A stretch of DNA of 64,000 nucleotides from Candidatus Harrisonbacteria bacterium (GTDB taxonomy: Bacteria > Patescibacteriota > Minisyncoccia > UBA6257 > 02-FULL-45-10c), in assembly GCA_016192685.1 (NCBI GenBank), contig JACPTS010000001.1, positions 394,628 to 458,627 of the forward strand. The letters run 5' to 3'. The translations under genes and the position numbers were made by a program. The notes under the pieces are model-generated. The model did not search any database. It saw only the letters and a list, made by a program, of their open reading frames with translations, and had not been told where the DNA came from. This document shows, in pieces, positions 52,128 to 61,045 of this stretch; position 1 is the first letter of the stretch, and the number at the start of each line of letters is the position of its first letter.

Positions 52128-52667
52128 CTAATCAATTTTATCCTTAAAAAACTCCAATGTCGATTTTACAGTGCTACCATCGGATTTGGTTAAAACCGAT
52201 TCCACTTTTCTAAAAACTTCAGCCGGAGGTTGATCTTTTTTATCAATTCTTATTTCTCCGGTTTCGCCAAAAATTAAATGAACTTTTTGTCCATCGCTCT
52301 GTTTATCGCCAATCAGTAAGTGTTGTTCATTGCCTTGCGTTCTTGATTCAACCCAAAGTTTTTCATCTTCGAGACGGTTTATAATTTTTTTCTCGGTTAT
52401 ATATTGCTCAAAGAAATCTATGTATGGTTTTATCCAACTTTCACCGCCCATTGGGAAACCGCTAGTGTCGGACCATAAAGTTCTCGGCTTGCTGGGAAGT
52501 TTAAATTTCCGATAGCGTAGAGATAACAAGCCATCGCCTTTTAGGTTCTGGTCTAAAAATTTCTCAACTTGGTCTTTAGTTTCAGTAAGCTCCGTAGATA
52601 AGAGTAAATTCTCGGCGATGGCTTGAGATTTCGATTTTATCAATTTTATGATTTCTTCTTCGTTCAT
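52128..52667 (-). CDS. Hypothetical protein (cassette cargo)
   Basis: 179-aa ORF tightly downstream of the HNH gene. Confidence 0.7.
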   Translation of the reverse strand: MNEEEIIKLIKSKSQAIAENLLLSTELTETKDQVEKFLDQNLKGDGLLSLRYRKFKLPSKPRTLWSDTSGFPMGGESWIKPYIDFFEQYITEKKIINRLEDEKLWVESRTQGNEQHLLIGDKQSDGQKVHLIFGETGEIRIDKKDQPPAEVFRKVESVLTKSDGSTVKSTLEFFKDKID

Positions 52668-52674
52668 ATTATCT

Positions 52675-53349
52675 TTATTCCAAATCGCTTTTCCCGATAT
52701 TGCACTTTGAGCAAAGCGTTTGTAAATTTTCTAAAACTGTTTCTCCGCCATTTGCCCACGCCTTGATATGGTCAACATGAAGAATGATAGTCGGGTCTGT
52801 CGCGGGCGATCTCCCGCAATTTTTACATTTGAAATTATCACGCCTCATAACAATAAATCGCAACCTCCAATTTATCGTCCGTGGTGTTTTGTGTTGAGCA
52901 GGAAATTCAGCCCTCTCAATTTTCTTGATTGATTCTTCAGAAGTAGCACCTTCTTCGCTATTTACATATTCAACAAAACGCTCTAACGCTTTACGCCAGC
53001 CACCAAAACGATTTTCATAAGTCCCAACATGAAATTTTGAAAGCGGCTTCTGCACTTCTTGATAGCGAGGTTGTCGTCCAAGTTTTATCCATACTTCCTC
53101 TAAATTCTTAAACAATTCTTCTTCCGGAACATTCGGAGAAGTTCTTGTTTTTTGCAGCCCCGCTTTTTTTAATGCGTCAAACCAGCTTCCAAACCGTCGA
53201 AGTTGGGTTGTGCTGTGATATTTCCCGTTAGTATCATATTCTTCTCGCGTAACGGAATCCTTGTTGAGTTTTTTGGCAACAACTTTTAAATCCTCTATAA
53301 GAGATTCATCAGATACATTTCGGTTGTAATCGTCTAGTTCAAATTTCAT
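52675..53349 (-). CDS. HNH endonuclease with two N-terminal endonuclease-associated repeats
   Basis: RRFGSW..AL..AG and NRFGGW..AL repeats; RD.F.C..CG, LHVDHI......GGET..NLQTLC..CN..K. Confidence 0.88.
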   Translation of the reverse strand: MKFELDDYNRNVSDESLIEDLKVVAKKLNKDSVTREEYDTNGKYHSTTQLRRFGSWFDALKKAGLQKTRTSPNVPEEELFKNLEEVWIKLGRQPRYQEVQKPLSKFHVGTYENRFGGWRKALERFVEYVNSEEGATSEESIKKIERAEFPAQHKTPRTINWRLRFIVMRRDNFKCKNCGRSPATDPTIILHVDHIKAWANGGETVLENLQTLCSKCNIGKSDLE

Positions 53350-53353
53350 AAAA

Positions 53354-53551
53354 TTATCTTAGTAAATCTTCCATAGAAACGCCGAGGGCTTTAGCGATTT
53401 TGGCAATCATCTGAACGCCCGGCTTCGTTACAAAATCGCCCTCAATCTTGGCGAGAGTGGAGTATTTTATACCCGTCTTTTTAGCAAGGTCATCCTGCGT
53501 TATTCCTTGCTTTGCCCTTATTCTCTTTATGTTTTCTCCTATTGTTGCCAT
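53354..53551 (-). CDS. XRE-family HTH regulator
   Basis: IGENIKRIR...GITQ..LA.......L.KIE.....P.......IAKALGVS. Confidence 0.9.
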   Translation of the reverse strand: MATIGENIKRIRAKQGITQDDLAKKTGIKYSTLAKIEGDFVTKPGVQMIAKIAKALGVSMEDLLR

Positions 53552-53699
53552 AGTATCCAAATTTTGATAGTATAAAAATATGTTATACTTTTACTTGTAT
53601 GATTATCATATCTAATTTTTTGATTTTGTTCAAGAAAAGCCCGCTTTTGGCCTTCATAAAGTTCGAGTCGACATTTTTGACAGGCTCTTTGGCAGTTTG

Positions 53700-53846
53700 C
53701 CTTTCCGCTCCGGTTCAAGGCGAGGCGGGCGGAAGGGGGGTGTGGGGGGAATTCCGCCCGCCGAGCCCAGAGAGTTCCGTTCGGATATTTTCAAACAGAC
53801 ACCGCAAAAATAAAATACTCCGCTTGTTGGAGTATTTTATTTTTGC
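53700..53846. repeat. Right 147-bp inverted repeat abutting the tRNA-Ser 3' end
   Basis: Reverse complement of 51949-52095. Confidence 0.92.
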
Positions 53847-53932
53847 GGAAGCGGGAGGATTCGAACCTCCGATGCCCTTTCGGACATAACAGTTTTCAAG
53901 ACTGTCCGTTTAAACCACTCACGCACGCTTCC
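53846..53932 (-). tRNA. tRNA-Ser(TGA)
   Basis: ACAGT-CTTGAAA-ACTGT anticodon arm, long variable arm, GGTTCGAATCC. Confidence 0.94.
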
Positions 53933-53940
53933 TTGCCGAG

Positions 53941-54011
53941 TGGACCTACGGGGAATCGAACCCCGGCCTCCTCCATGCCATGGAGGCGTAATGCCATTTT
54001 ACTATAGGCCC
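53941..54011 (-). tRNA. tRNA-Ala(GGC)
   Basis: G3:U70 pair; CCTCC-ATGGCAT-GGAGG. Confidence 0.92.
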
Positions 54012-54077
54012 GTCAGTATTTTATTTTAAATAAAATCTGGTAAAATTGGAAGCAGACCTTATTTTTAACAATTGAAA

Positions 54078-54959
54078 ATGAAACGATTAGTTTTATCGGC
54101 AGGTATTTTGTTATTTCCTTGGCAGGAGCTTTTTGCGGAACAAGTAAGAGTTACCATAAATAAAAAAACAGTTTATCAATCAGAAGTTTTAAAAATCCAG
54201 CTGATTCAAAAAAGCACTGCCCCGTTTTCAGTTAATTTTCTAGGGAGAAAACACGAATCTTTTTTAATGGGGCGGCGCCAAACAGTTTTACTCGGAATTG
54301 ATTATCAATTAAAGCTAGGCACTTACAGCATTACCGGAGTTTTAAAAGAAGCTGATAATTTTTATTTCCCGATTTATTATAAAATTACAGTCAGGGAAAA
54401 ATTCCCGAAATTGAAATATGTTCCTCCTAAGCGGTCGGAAAAAGAGCAGGCGCGGATTAATAAAGAAACGGAAGAGAAAAGAGCCGTTCTGGAACGGATA
54501 GATTACCAGCCGGATTCAATGGGGCATTTTGCGCGGCCAGTCCATCCGGCTGTTGTTAATGCCAATTTTGGAGAAAAGCGATGCCGTGACCGTACTTTGT
54601 GGAGGCGATTTAATTGCCGTTATCATCTGGGGATTGATTATCGGGCGGCTTTTGATTTTTTCCATCAGCGGCCGGAACCGATCCGGGCAATCAATAATGG
54701 CAGAGTTGTTTTGACCGAGAGCCGCATTGTTGACGGCAAGACGGTTGTTATTGACCATGGGTATGGAATTTCTTCCGAATATCTGCACCTTTCAAAATTT
54801 TCAGTAAAAATTGGCGAAATTGTTAAGCGTGGGCAAATTATCGGCATTGCCGGCAAGACTGGGGCAACCGAAGCGATTCATTTGCACCTCACGATTAAAA
54901 TGGATAATGGAAAAACTATAGTTGACCCGGAAAGTTTTTTCCAGGCAGTCAGTAAATAA
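54078..54959 (+). CDS. M23-family peptidoglycan peptidase
   Basis: Signal peptide; HLGIDY, IDHG.G..S.YLHLS, G.TG....HLH. Confidence 0.9.
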   Translation: MKRLVLSAGILLFPWQELFAEQVRVTINKKTVYQSEVLKIQLIQKSTAPFSVNFLGRKHESFLMGRRQTVLLGIDYQLKLGTYSITGVLKEADNFYFPIYYKITVREKFPKLKYVPPKRSEKEQARINKETEEKRAVLERIDYQPDSMGHFARPVHPAVVNANFGEKRCRDRTLWRRFNCRYHLGIDYRAAFDFFHQRPEPIRAINNGRVVLTESRIVDGKTVVIDHGYGISSEYLHLSKFSVKIGEIVKRGQIIGIAGKTGATEAIHLHLTIKMDNGKTIVDPESFFQAVSK

Positions 54960-55058
54960 TTATTCAAATTGCTCCTTCTCGGGGCATTTTTATTGCCATT
55001 TAGTTTTAAATGGAGTAGAGTTTGGGATAGGAAATTGTCAACTGTATAGGATAAGGGG

Positions 55059-55628
55059 ATGAAGAAAGTTTTTGCTTGGCTGTGGGATAATTTTAAGTTA
55101 GGCGTAACTCCGTTGATTCTTCTGATTATTATATGGATCGCTATTGCCTGGTTATCGCCCTTGGTGTTGCGTTGGGGATCGCTGCTGTTAAAATTTCACA
55201 TTGTTAATCTGGTTGCGGTGGACGTTTCATTGAATTTGCTTATTCTTTCCTTAGCCATTATGATTTTCGGCTACCTTAGAAAACTGGAATGGTTCCAAAA
55301 ATTTATTTGTATTTTTTTAAAAGTACCGATTGTTGGGCTGCCCATTTATAAGGTTTTATCGGTTAAGCCGTTTATTTTAGTAGAAGTAAGAACTGTTTGG
55401 GGGCCGACTCCAGAAGAAAGTTGTTGGGAGTATGCTATTTTGTTGGGAGAGGAGGAAGAGGAGTTGCCGGATAGAAAATTAATTTGGTATCGCGCGCATA
55501 CCTTGGGAATGGGTTCAGGAAAATTATTTTCCCGAGTCGGACGATTGAATATCCGTTTTTTGTCCAAGAAAGAACAAAAACGCGCTTGGCTGTTAGTAAT
55601 GACAATGGGATTTTATGATTCTAATTGA
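55059..55628 (+). CDS. Membrane hypothetical protein (DUF502-like)
   Basis: TM helices then KVPIVG..IY. Confidence 0.55.
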   Translation: MKKVFAWLWDNFKLGVTPLILLIIIWIAIAWLSPLVLRWGSLLLKFHIVNLVAVDVSLNLLILSLAIMIFGYLRKLEWFQKFICIFLKVPIVGLPIYKVLSVKPFILVEVRTVWGPTPEESCWEYAILLGEEEEELPDRKLIWYRAHTLGMGSGKLFSRVGRLNIRFLSKKEQKRAWLLVMTMGFYDSN

Positions 55629-55666
55629 CGATAAAAAGTCCGCTAGTTGAAGCGGACTTTTTCTTG

Positions 55667-55738
55667 TCTCCTCAGAGGGAATTGAACCCCCATCTTTCCC
55701 TTAGGACGGGATTGCTCTATCCGTTGAGCTATGAGGAG
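55667..55738 (-). tRNA. tRNA-Arg(CCT)
   Basis: Cloverleaf, TCCC-GTCCTAA-GGGA, GGTTCAATTCC. Confidence 0.9.
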
Positions 55739-56169
55739 TATTTTTATAATTTAACCCAAGATAAAGTTATTCACAATTGGCAGTTTTACATTCCCCACCC
55801 TAAATTTGCTATACTAATGATTAGCGTGTTTATAAAAGGGTTGTTTATCTTTTGTGCGTTGTTTTTGAATTTTATTGTGAGGATAAAATTTTATTAATAA
55901 TAAATTTAAGATAAAACTGATTAGTTGAGTAACCCAATTGATTTTTTAGAAAAAATCAGGTGGCAGGCGAATTTCATTAAATTTTATTTTTTTGTTTCCC
56001 TCGCACGAGAATTTTTTCGTGAAAAATCAATTGGCAGTGCATTGGCTGGTTAGTTTGGAAAATATTGCGGCTATTCCGAATTCGGAGCTGAAATATTTGC
56101 CAACCCTTTTATAAGCGTGATAATATTTTAGTTCAAAGGTCGCGATTCTTACTTCAAATTTTAAAAAAT

Positions 56170-56418
56170 ATGGCGAATAGCGCATTTATGAAACCATTGA
56201 AGGTTAGTTCGGATTTAGCGGCGGTGGTCGGCAACGGGCCGATGCCTCGCAGTGAAGTCGTCAAAAAGCTTTGGGTGTATATTAAAAAGAACGGCCTTCA
56301 GGACTCCAAAAATAGGCGGAATATCAATGCTGACGCGAATTTAAAGAAAGTTTTTGGCGGAAAGTCGGTTGTTAATATGTTTGAGATGACCAAGTTAGTT
56401 TCTAAACACCTTTCTTAG
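56170..56418 (+). CDS. Stand-alone SWIB/MDM2 domain protein
   Basis: FMKPL.VS.DLAAVVG.GPMPRSEVVKKLWVYIKKN.LQD..NRR.I.AD..L. Confidence 0.92.
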   Translation: MANSAFMKPLKVSSDLAAVVGNGPMPRSEVVKKLWVYIKKNGLQDSKNRRNINADANLKKVFGGKSVVNMFEMTKLVSKHLS

Positions 56419-56524
56419 AAATTGATTTTTAATGGGGAACCGTTATATACTCAATTTATTAAGAGAAAGGTCGTAATGAATAGTTGAAAGTTATTAAAGT
56501 TCATAAAGTTTATAAACTAAAACT

Positions 56525-56683
56525 ATGGAAGGTTATTGCGTAAAGTGTAAAGAAAAAAGAGAAATGGACAATGCCAAGGAAGTTACCATGAAAGGCAAGG
56601 GCGGTAAGACCAGAATGGCCATGACCGGTACTTGTCCGAAGTGCGGCACTAAGATGTTCCGCATTATGGGGAATAAGAAGTAA
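56525..56683 (+). CDS. Small Zn-ribbon protein (DUF5679-like), absent from the ORF track
   Basis: Manual translation MEGYCVKCKEKREM...GTCPKCGTKMFRIMGNKK, 52 aa; terminator follows. Confidence 0.85.
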   Translation: MEGYCVKCKEKREMDNAKEVTMKGKGGKTRMAMTGTCPKCGTKMFRIMGNKK

Positions 56684-56765
56684 GACTTATAGATCTATAA
56701 ATCTTAAAAAACAAAAAATCCGCCTGCTAGCTATAGGGCGGATTTTTTGTTATCTTAATAAAGTT

Positions 56766-56852
56766 GGAAGGTTCGCATAGTGGTCTATTGCGCCGCATTC
56801 GAAATGCGGTTGGGGAGAAATCCCCTCGGAGGTTCGAATCCTCCACCTTCCG
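56766..56852 (+). tRNA. tRNA-Ser(CGA)
   Basis: CCGCA-TTCGAAA-TGCGG anticodon arm, variable arm, GGTTCGAATCC. Confidence 0.93.
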
Positions 56853-57024
56853 CAAATTTAAAAATCTCCAATTGGAGATTTTTAAATTTTCTGGAGGATT
56901 CGAACGGGAAGGGGTCGGGAAACGGGAGTTTCCCGTGTAGGAAGGCAGCCCGCTACGCTATAGCGTAGCGGGCGTCGGAAAACCGAGGGTTTCCGAGCTT
57001 CGTAACTCCTCCACCTTCCGCAAA
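56839..57024 (+). repeat. tRNA 3'-end direct repeat enclosing a 150-bp structured insert
   Basis: TCCTCCACCTTCCGCAAA at 56839-56856 and 57007-57024. Confidence 0.8.
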
Positions 57025-57044
57025 GTTATTTTACCCGCCTTCGC

Positions 57045-57182
57045 AGAAAGCCCCGAGCTTTAGCCCGGGGATGAATGCGAACAAGGGTAATCCGCCGTAG
57101 CTTTAGCGAAGGAGGATACGCTTCGGTGGGTTTCGCCGAAGTATAATGGAGAAGCCACGGCTTTTAAGCCGTGGAGCTTCAC
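57045..57182 (+). mobile_element. IS200/IS605-family end remnant (non-autonomous)
   Basis: Hairpins AAGCCCCGAGCTTTAGCCCGGGG and GAAGCCACGGCTTTTAAGCCGTGGAG, ending TTCAC. Confidence 0.6.
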
Positions 57183-57241
57183 TTGTCTTAAGCTCAAATT
57201 TTAAATATACTGGTTATGGTTTCTTGAAAAGGAGAAAGAGA

Positions 57242-58693
57242 ATGAATTTGGAAGCAGCGGTAAGGCGATATTTTAAGACAAAGGGTTTGCCGTTGCAGCC
57301 GGCGCTTACTTTTGCCGATGTGGCGATTAAGGATAATTTTTCCGCCATTGATAGCCGGTCAGATATTAAGAATTTGAAAATCCGGCTGGCGGGGGAGATT
57401 TGTTTGAATATGCCGATTGTTTCGGCGAATATGGATACCGTGACTGATTCCAGGATGGCTATTGCTTTAGCGCGCCTGGGCGGTCTGGGTTTTATCCATC
57501 AATTTTTTTCTTTGGAAGAAAGAATTAAAGAGGTGGCGAAGGTAAAGCGGGCGGATAACGCTTTAATTGAGGATCCGGTAACTATTTTGAATACCGCCAC
57601 TCTTGGTGAAGCGAAAGAGCGCATGGCCGAATATAAAATTTCCAGTATTTTAGTGGTGGATGAGTTTAGTCGGCTTTGGGGAATTTTGACTTCCAGAGAT
57701 TATCGGTTTCAGTATGACGATGGGCTTTTGATAGAAAAAATTATGAGTTGGATGCCGCTGGTTATTGCCGCGCCGAATATTACCAGAGACGAGGCGTTAA
57801 AGATTATGGATAAAGAAAGGATTGAAAAATTGCCGCTGATTGACAATCGCGGCTTGCTGAAAGGATTGATCACCTCTAAAGATATTTTGAAGGAAAAAGA
57901 ATTTTTGCAAGCGGTGCGCGATCGGCGGGGGAAATTGATGGTTGGCGCGGCAGTTCAGCTTAACGCGGATTATCTTGCTGAGGCCGAACAGCTTTTAAAA
58001 GCCGGAACCGACGTGATTCTTTTGGATGTCGCCCGGGCTAATGCAAAAAGAGTAAAAGAAGCGGTTCAAAAAATTAAAAGCCGATTTCCTAAAGCGCCGC
58101 TGGTGGTTGGAAACATTGATACCCCGGAAGCGGCTTTGATGCTGATTCAGGCGGGCGCCGATTGTCTGAAGGTTGGAGTTGGCCCGGGTTCAGCTTGTAA
58201 AACCAGGGAAACAACCGGTGTTGGGTTGCCGCAATTGATGGCCGTGGTTTCCTGCGCGGCGGTTGCCAAAAAATACGGCGTTTCTCTTATTGCTGACGGC
58301 GGAATTCGCAGCGGAGCGAATCTGGCAAAAGCGTTTGTTGCCGGAGCGGACGCCGTTATGATCGGCAGCCTATTTGCCGGAACTGACGAGTCTCCCGGCG
58401 AGATATTTCAGGATGAAGGAAGGCGTTGGAAAATGTATCGCGGTTCAGCTTCTGCCGAACATCAGTTTGACCGAATGGAATCAGGGAGCCTTGATGGCAT
58501 GCGGACGCCGGAAGGAGTGCCAAGGCGCATTCCATACACCGGTCTTGTTAAATCGGTGGTGGAGGAATTGCTTGGCGGGCTTCGGTCTTCAATGAGTTAT
58601 GTTGGCGCTCATGATTTGAATGAATTTTGGAAATTGGGAAAGTTTGTCTGGCAAAGCCGCTCTGGTTATGAAGAGGGTAAGCCGCAAAGTTAA
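57242..58693 (+). CDS. guaB: IMPDH/GMP reductase family protein with CBS domains
   Basis: PIVSANMDTVT, GG.GFIH, KVGVGPGSAC.TR, IADGGIR, EG. Confidence 0.85.
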   Translation: MNLEAAVRRYFKTKGLPLQPALTFADVAIKDNFSAIDSRSDIKNLKIRLAGEICLNMPIVSANMDTVTDSRMAIALARLGGLGFIHQFFSLEERIKEVAKVKRADNALIEDPVTILNTATLGEAKERMAEYKISSILVVDEFSRLWGILTSRDYRFQYDDGLLIEKIMSWMPLVIAAPNITRDEALKIMDKERIEKLPLIDNRGLLKGLITSKDILKEKEFLQAVRDRRGKLMVGAAVQLNADYLAEAEQLLKAGTDVILLDVARANAKRVKEAVQKIKSRFPKAPLVVGNIDTPEAALMLIQAGADCLKVGVGPGSACKTRETTGVGLPQLMAVVSCAAVAKKYGVSLIADGGIRSGANLAKAFVAGADAVMIGSLFAGTDESPGEIFQDEGRRWKMYRGSASAEHQFDRMESGSLDGMRTPEGVPRRIPYTGLVKSVVEELLGGLRSSMSYVGAHDLNEFWKLGKFVWQSRSGYEEGKPQS

Positions 58694-58751
58694 ATTTAAA
58701 TCTGCCCTAGTGGCGGATTTTTTTATTTTCGTTTAGCATAAATATTATTCA

Positions 58752-58822
58752 GGGCCATTAGCTTAGTGGCAGAGCACCCGGTTTGCATCCGGGAGATGGG
58801 GGTCCGATTCCCCCATGGTCCA
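58752..58822 (+). tRNA. tRNA-Ala(TGC)
   Basis: G3:U70 pair; CCCGG-TTTGCAT-CCGGG; T-loop TCCGATT. Confidence 0.88.
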
Positions 58823-58859
58823 CAACTATTTATTACTTTGTTCTGTTATAAATTAATAT

Positions 58860-59810
58860 ATGCCTAAAACGATATTAGTAACCGGTTGCGCCGGATTTAT
58901 CGGCAGTAATTTTGTAAAGCAGTTTAAGAAAGAGTTTCCTAAAATTAGGATTGTCGGGATTGATGATTTTTCCACTGGGCGTCGAAAAGCCCTGGATAAA
59001 ACCGTCACTTTTTATAAAGGTTCAATTTTAGATGAAAAATTATTAGAAAAAATTTTTAAAAAGCATAAGCCGGAATATGTTTTTCATTTCGCGGCCTTGC
59101 CAAGGGTTTCTTATTCCCTGGAACAGCCGTATCAAACCACGCTGGTGAATATAGGGGGAGTGGTCGCTCTTTTGGAAAAATCAAATAAGCATGGGATTAA
59201 AAGATTCATTTATTCCGCTTCGTCCGCGGCTTACGGCGGCGCGAGAATATTGCCCACTAAGGAATCGGAAAATCTTCCGAATCCGAAATCGCCGTACGCT
59301 TTGCAAAAATATGTCGGAGAATCTTTTTGCGAAATTTTCAGCGGTTTATACGGGCTGGATACGGTTTGCCTACGCTATTTTAATGTTTTCGGTCCGGGAC
59401 AATATGGTGATTCGCCTTATTCTACGGTAATTTCCGCCTGGCTGGAAGTATTGTATTTTCCAAAAAAGAAACCGGCTTTTCTGGAGGGCGACGGCAAACA
59501 ATCCAGAGATTTTTGTTACGTTGATAACGTAGTTCAAGCGAATATTTTAGCAATGAAATGTAAAAATAAATTCAATGGCGAGGTATTTAATATCGCGCAC
59601 GGCGAGCGGACCGCTGTCGCGGAAGTTAAAAGATTAATTGAAAAATACACCGGCAAGAATTTGTTTTTAGAAAAGCGTCCGGCGCGGCTTGGGGACGTGC
59701 GGCATACGCACGCCGATATTTCCAAGGCCCGGAAATGGTTTGGTTATAATCCGAAAATAAAATTTAAAGAAGGGCTTCGGCGCACGATTCAATGGTTTCA
59801 GGCGCGTTGA
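58860..59810 (+). CDS. NAD-dependent nucleotide-sugar epimerase/dehydratase
   Basis: VTGCAGFIGS, SPYALQK (YxxxK), LRYFNVFGP, GDG.QSRDF. Confidence 0.93.
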   Translation: MPKTILVTGCAGFIGSNFVKQFKKEFPKIRIVGIDDFSTGRRKALDKTVTFYKGSILDEKLLEKIFKKHKPEYVFHFAALPRVSYSLEQPYQTTLVNIGGVVALLEKSNKHGIKRFIYSASSAAYGGARILPTKESENLPNPKSPYALQKYVGESFCEIFSGLYGLDTVCLRYFNVFGPGQYGDSPYSTVISAWLEVLYFPKKKPAFLEGDGKQSRDFCYVDNVVQANILAMKCKNKFNGEVFNIAHGERTAVAEVKRLIEKYTGKNLFLEKRPARLGDVRHTHADISKARKWFGYNPKIKFKEGLRRTIQWFQAR

Positions 59811-59872
59811 TATTGATGGCTCCCGCAGGAAAAAGAAAAGCCCTCCGATGTCACATCGGAGGGCTTTGGATT

Positions 59873-60223
59873 TTAATTGAAAAACGCGGATTTAATCAGC
59901 GCTTCTCGGCATTCAAAACAGTCTGGCAATCCGGGTTTAACTTGCGGTTTTGATTTTTCATTTTTGTGATTCAGGCAACGAAATTTTAGTTTGCGTATCT
60001 CTGTTTCTTTGGATAAGCGGCAATCAATCGGCGTTTCTTTCAGAAAATAAGAATCCGCGGAAGCGAAAACCAGAATTGAATCCAGCGGCGCGTCGGTTCG
60101 CTCTTTGTAATCATGGATTGCCGCGGCGATTGCCGGTTTTGATTTTTCCATAAATGCCAGGGCATTGATTCTATACCCGCCTTGAGTATGAGCCACATAG
60201 AACACCCGATTTTTTAATTTCAT
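59873..60223 (-). CDS. Hypothetical protein
   Basis: 116 aa, AGGGGAG SD-like site, terminator at about 59835-59867. Confidence 0.55.
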   Translation of the reverse strand: MKLKNRVFYVAHTQGGYRINALAFMEKSKPAIAAAIHDYKERTDAPLDSILVFASADSYFLKETPIDCRLSKETEIRKLKFRCLNHKNEKSKPQVKPGLPDCFECREALIKSAFFN

Positions 60224-60274
60224 TTTCTCCCCTTTGAAGTTTTAAACGAACAGCAGTTTTATATTATAGCATAT

Positions 60275-60997
60275 TTATTTGGTTTTTGCAATGACCAGGG
60301 CGACAATTTTTTTAGCGCCGGCGGTCCGCAGAGTTTTTACCGCTTCATTGACGGTGGCTCCGGAAGTGTAGACATCGTCAACTAAAATTATATTTTTATT
60401 TTTGAGATATTCGGCATTTTCAATTTTAAAAGCGCCAGTCAGATTATTTTTCCTTTCATCCCAATTTTTCAGTTCAGTTTGGGATTTAGTTTCTTTATTC
60501 CTGATTAAAATTCCTTTTGCTAAGGGCAGATTATATTTTTCGGAAATTATTTTTCCGATCAGTTCGGCCTGGTTGAATCCGCGTTCCCGTTCGCGGTTTT
60601 TATGAAGAGGAATCGGGATTACTAGATAATTTTTCAATTTAGCCTTGTCTAATTTCAAATTTTTTAAATAAATTTTTAAAAGATAGCCAATCGGATTTTT
60701 CAATCGGCTCCAGGATTTATATTTGAGACGGCGAATGATATTTTTAACGGCGCCATCATAGTCAGCGGCCGCTCCGAGCAAGTAAGCGGAGTTCTGGTGG
60801 CAGGTTTTTTTATTTTCCGGAAGTCGGGCGCGGCAGGTGGGGCAAAAAAGAGTGGTATGAATAATGATTTTTGACAGGCATAAATCGCAGATTCCGTTAT
60901 TTTTTTCTGCTTTAACAAGGGAATTTTCGCAATTCAGGCAAATCGGCGGGAAAAGGATATCTAACGCCAACTCTTTCAGTTTAATGAGATTAGACAT
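60275..60997 (-). CDS. comF: ComF-family competence protein (double zinc ribbon + PRTase)
   Basis: LFPP.C..C, PIPLH..R..ERGFNQA, LVDDVYTSGAT. Confidence 0.92.
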   Translation of the reverse strand: MSNLIKLKELALDILFPPICLNCENSLVKAEKNNGICDLCLSKIIIHTTLFCPTCRARLPENKKTCHQNSAYLLGAAADYDGAVKNIIRRLKYKSWSRLKNPIGYLLKIYLKNLKLDKAKLKNYLVIPIPLHKNRERERGFNQAELIGKIISEKYNLPLAKGILIRNKETKSQTELKNWDERKNNLTGAFKIENAEYLKNKNIILVDDVYTSGATVNEAVKTLRTAGAKKIVALVIAKTK

Positions 60998-61045
60998 TGC
61001 TGGTATAATAAAGATAGCTGAAAAAATAAGCAATTATTTTATATT

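Noticed and set aside
53599-53889. 96-aa ORF, and the matching N-terminal extension of the P-type ATPase ORF (51903-52055)
   Set aside because: Both are read-throughs of the 147-bp inverted repeat; their shared peptide reflects the repeat
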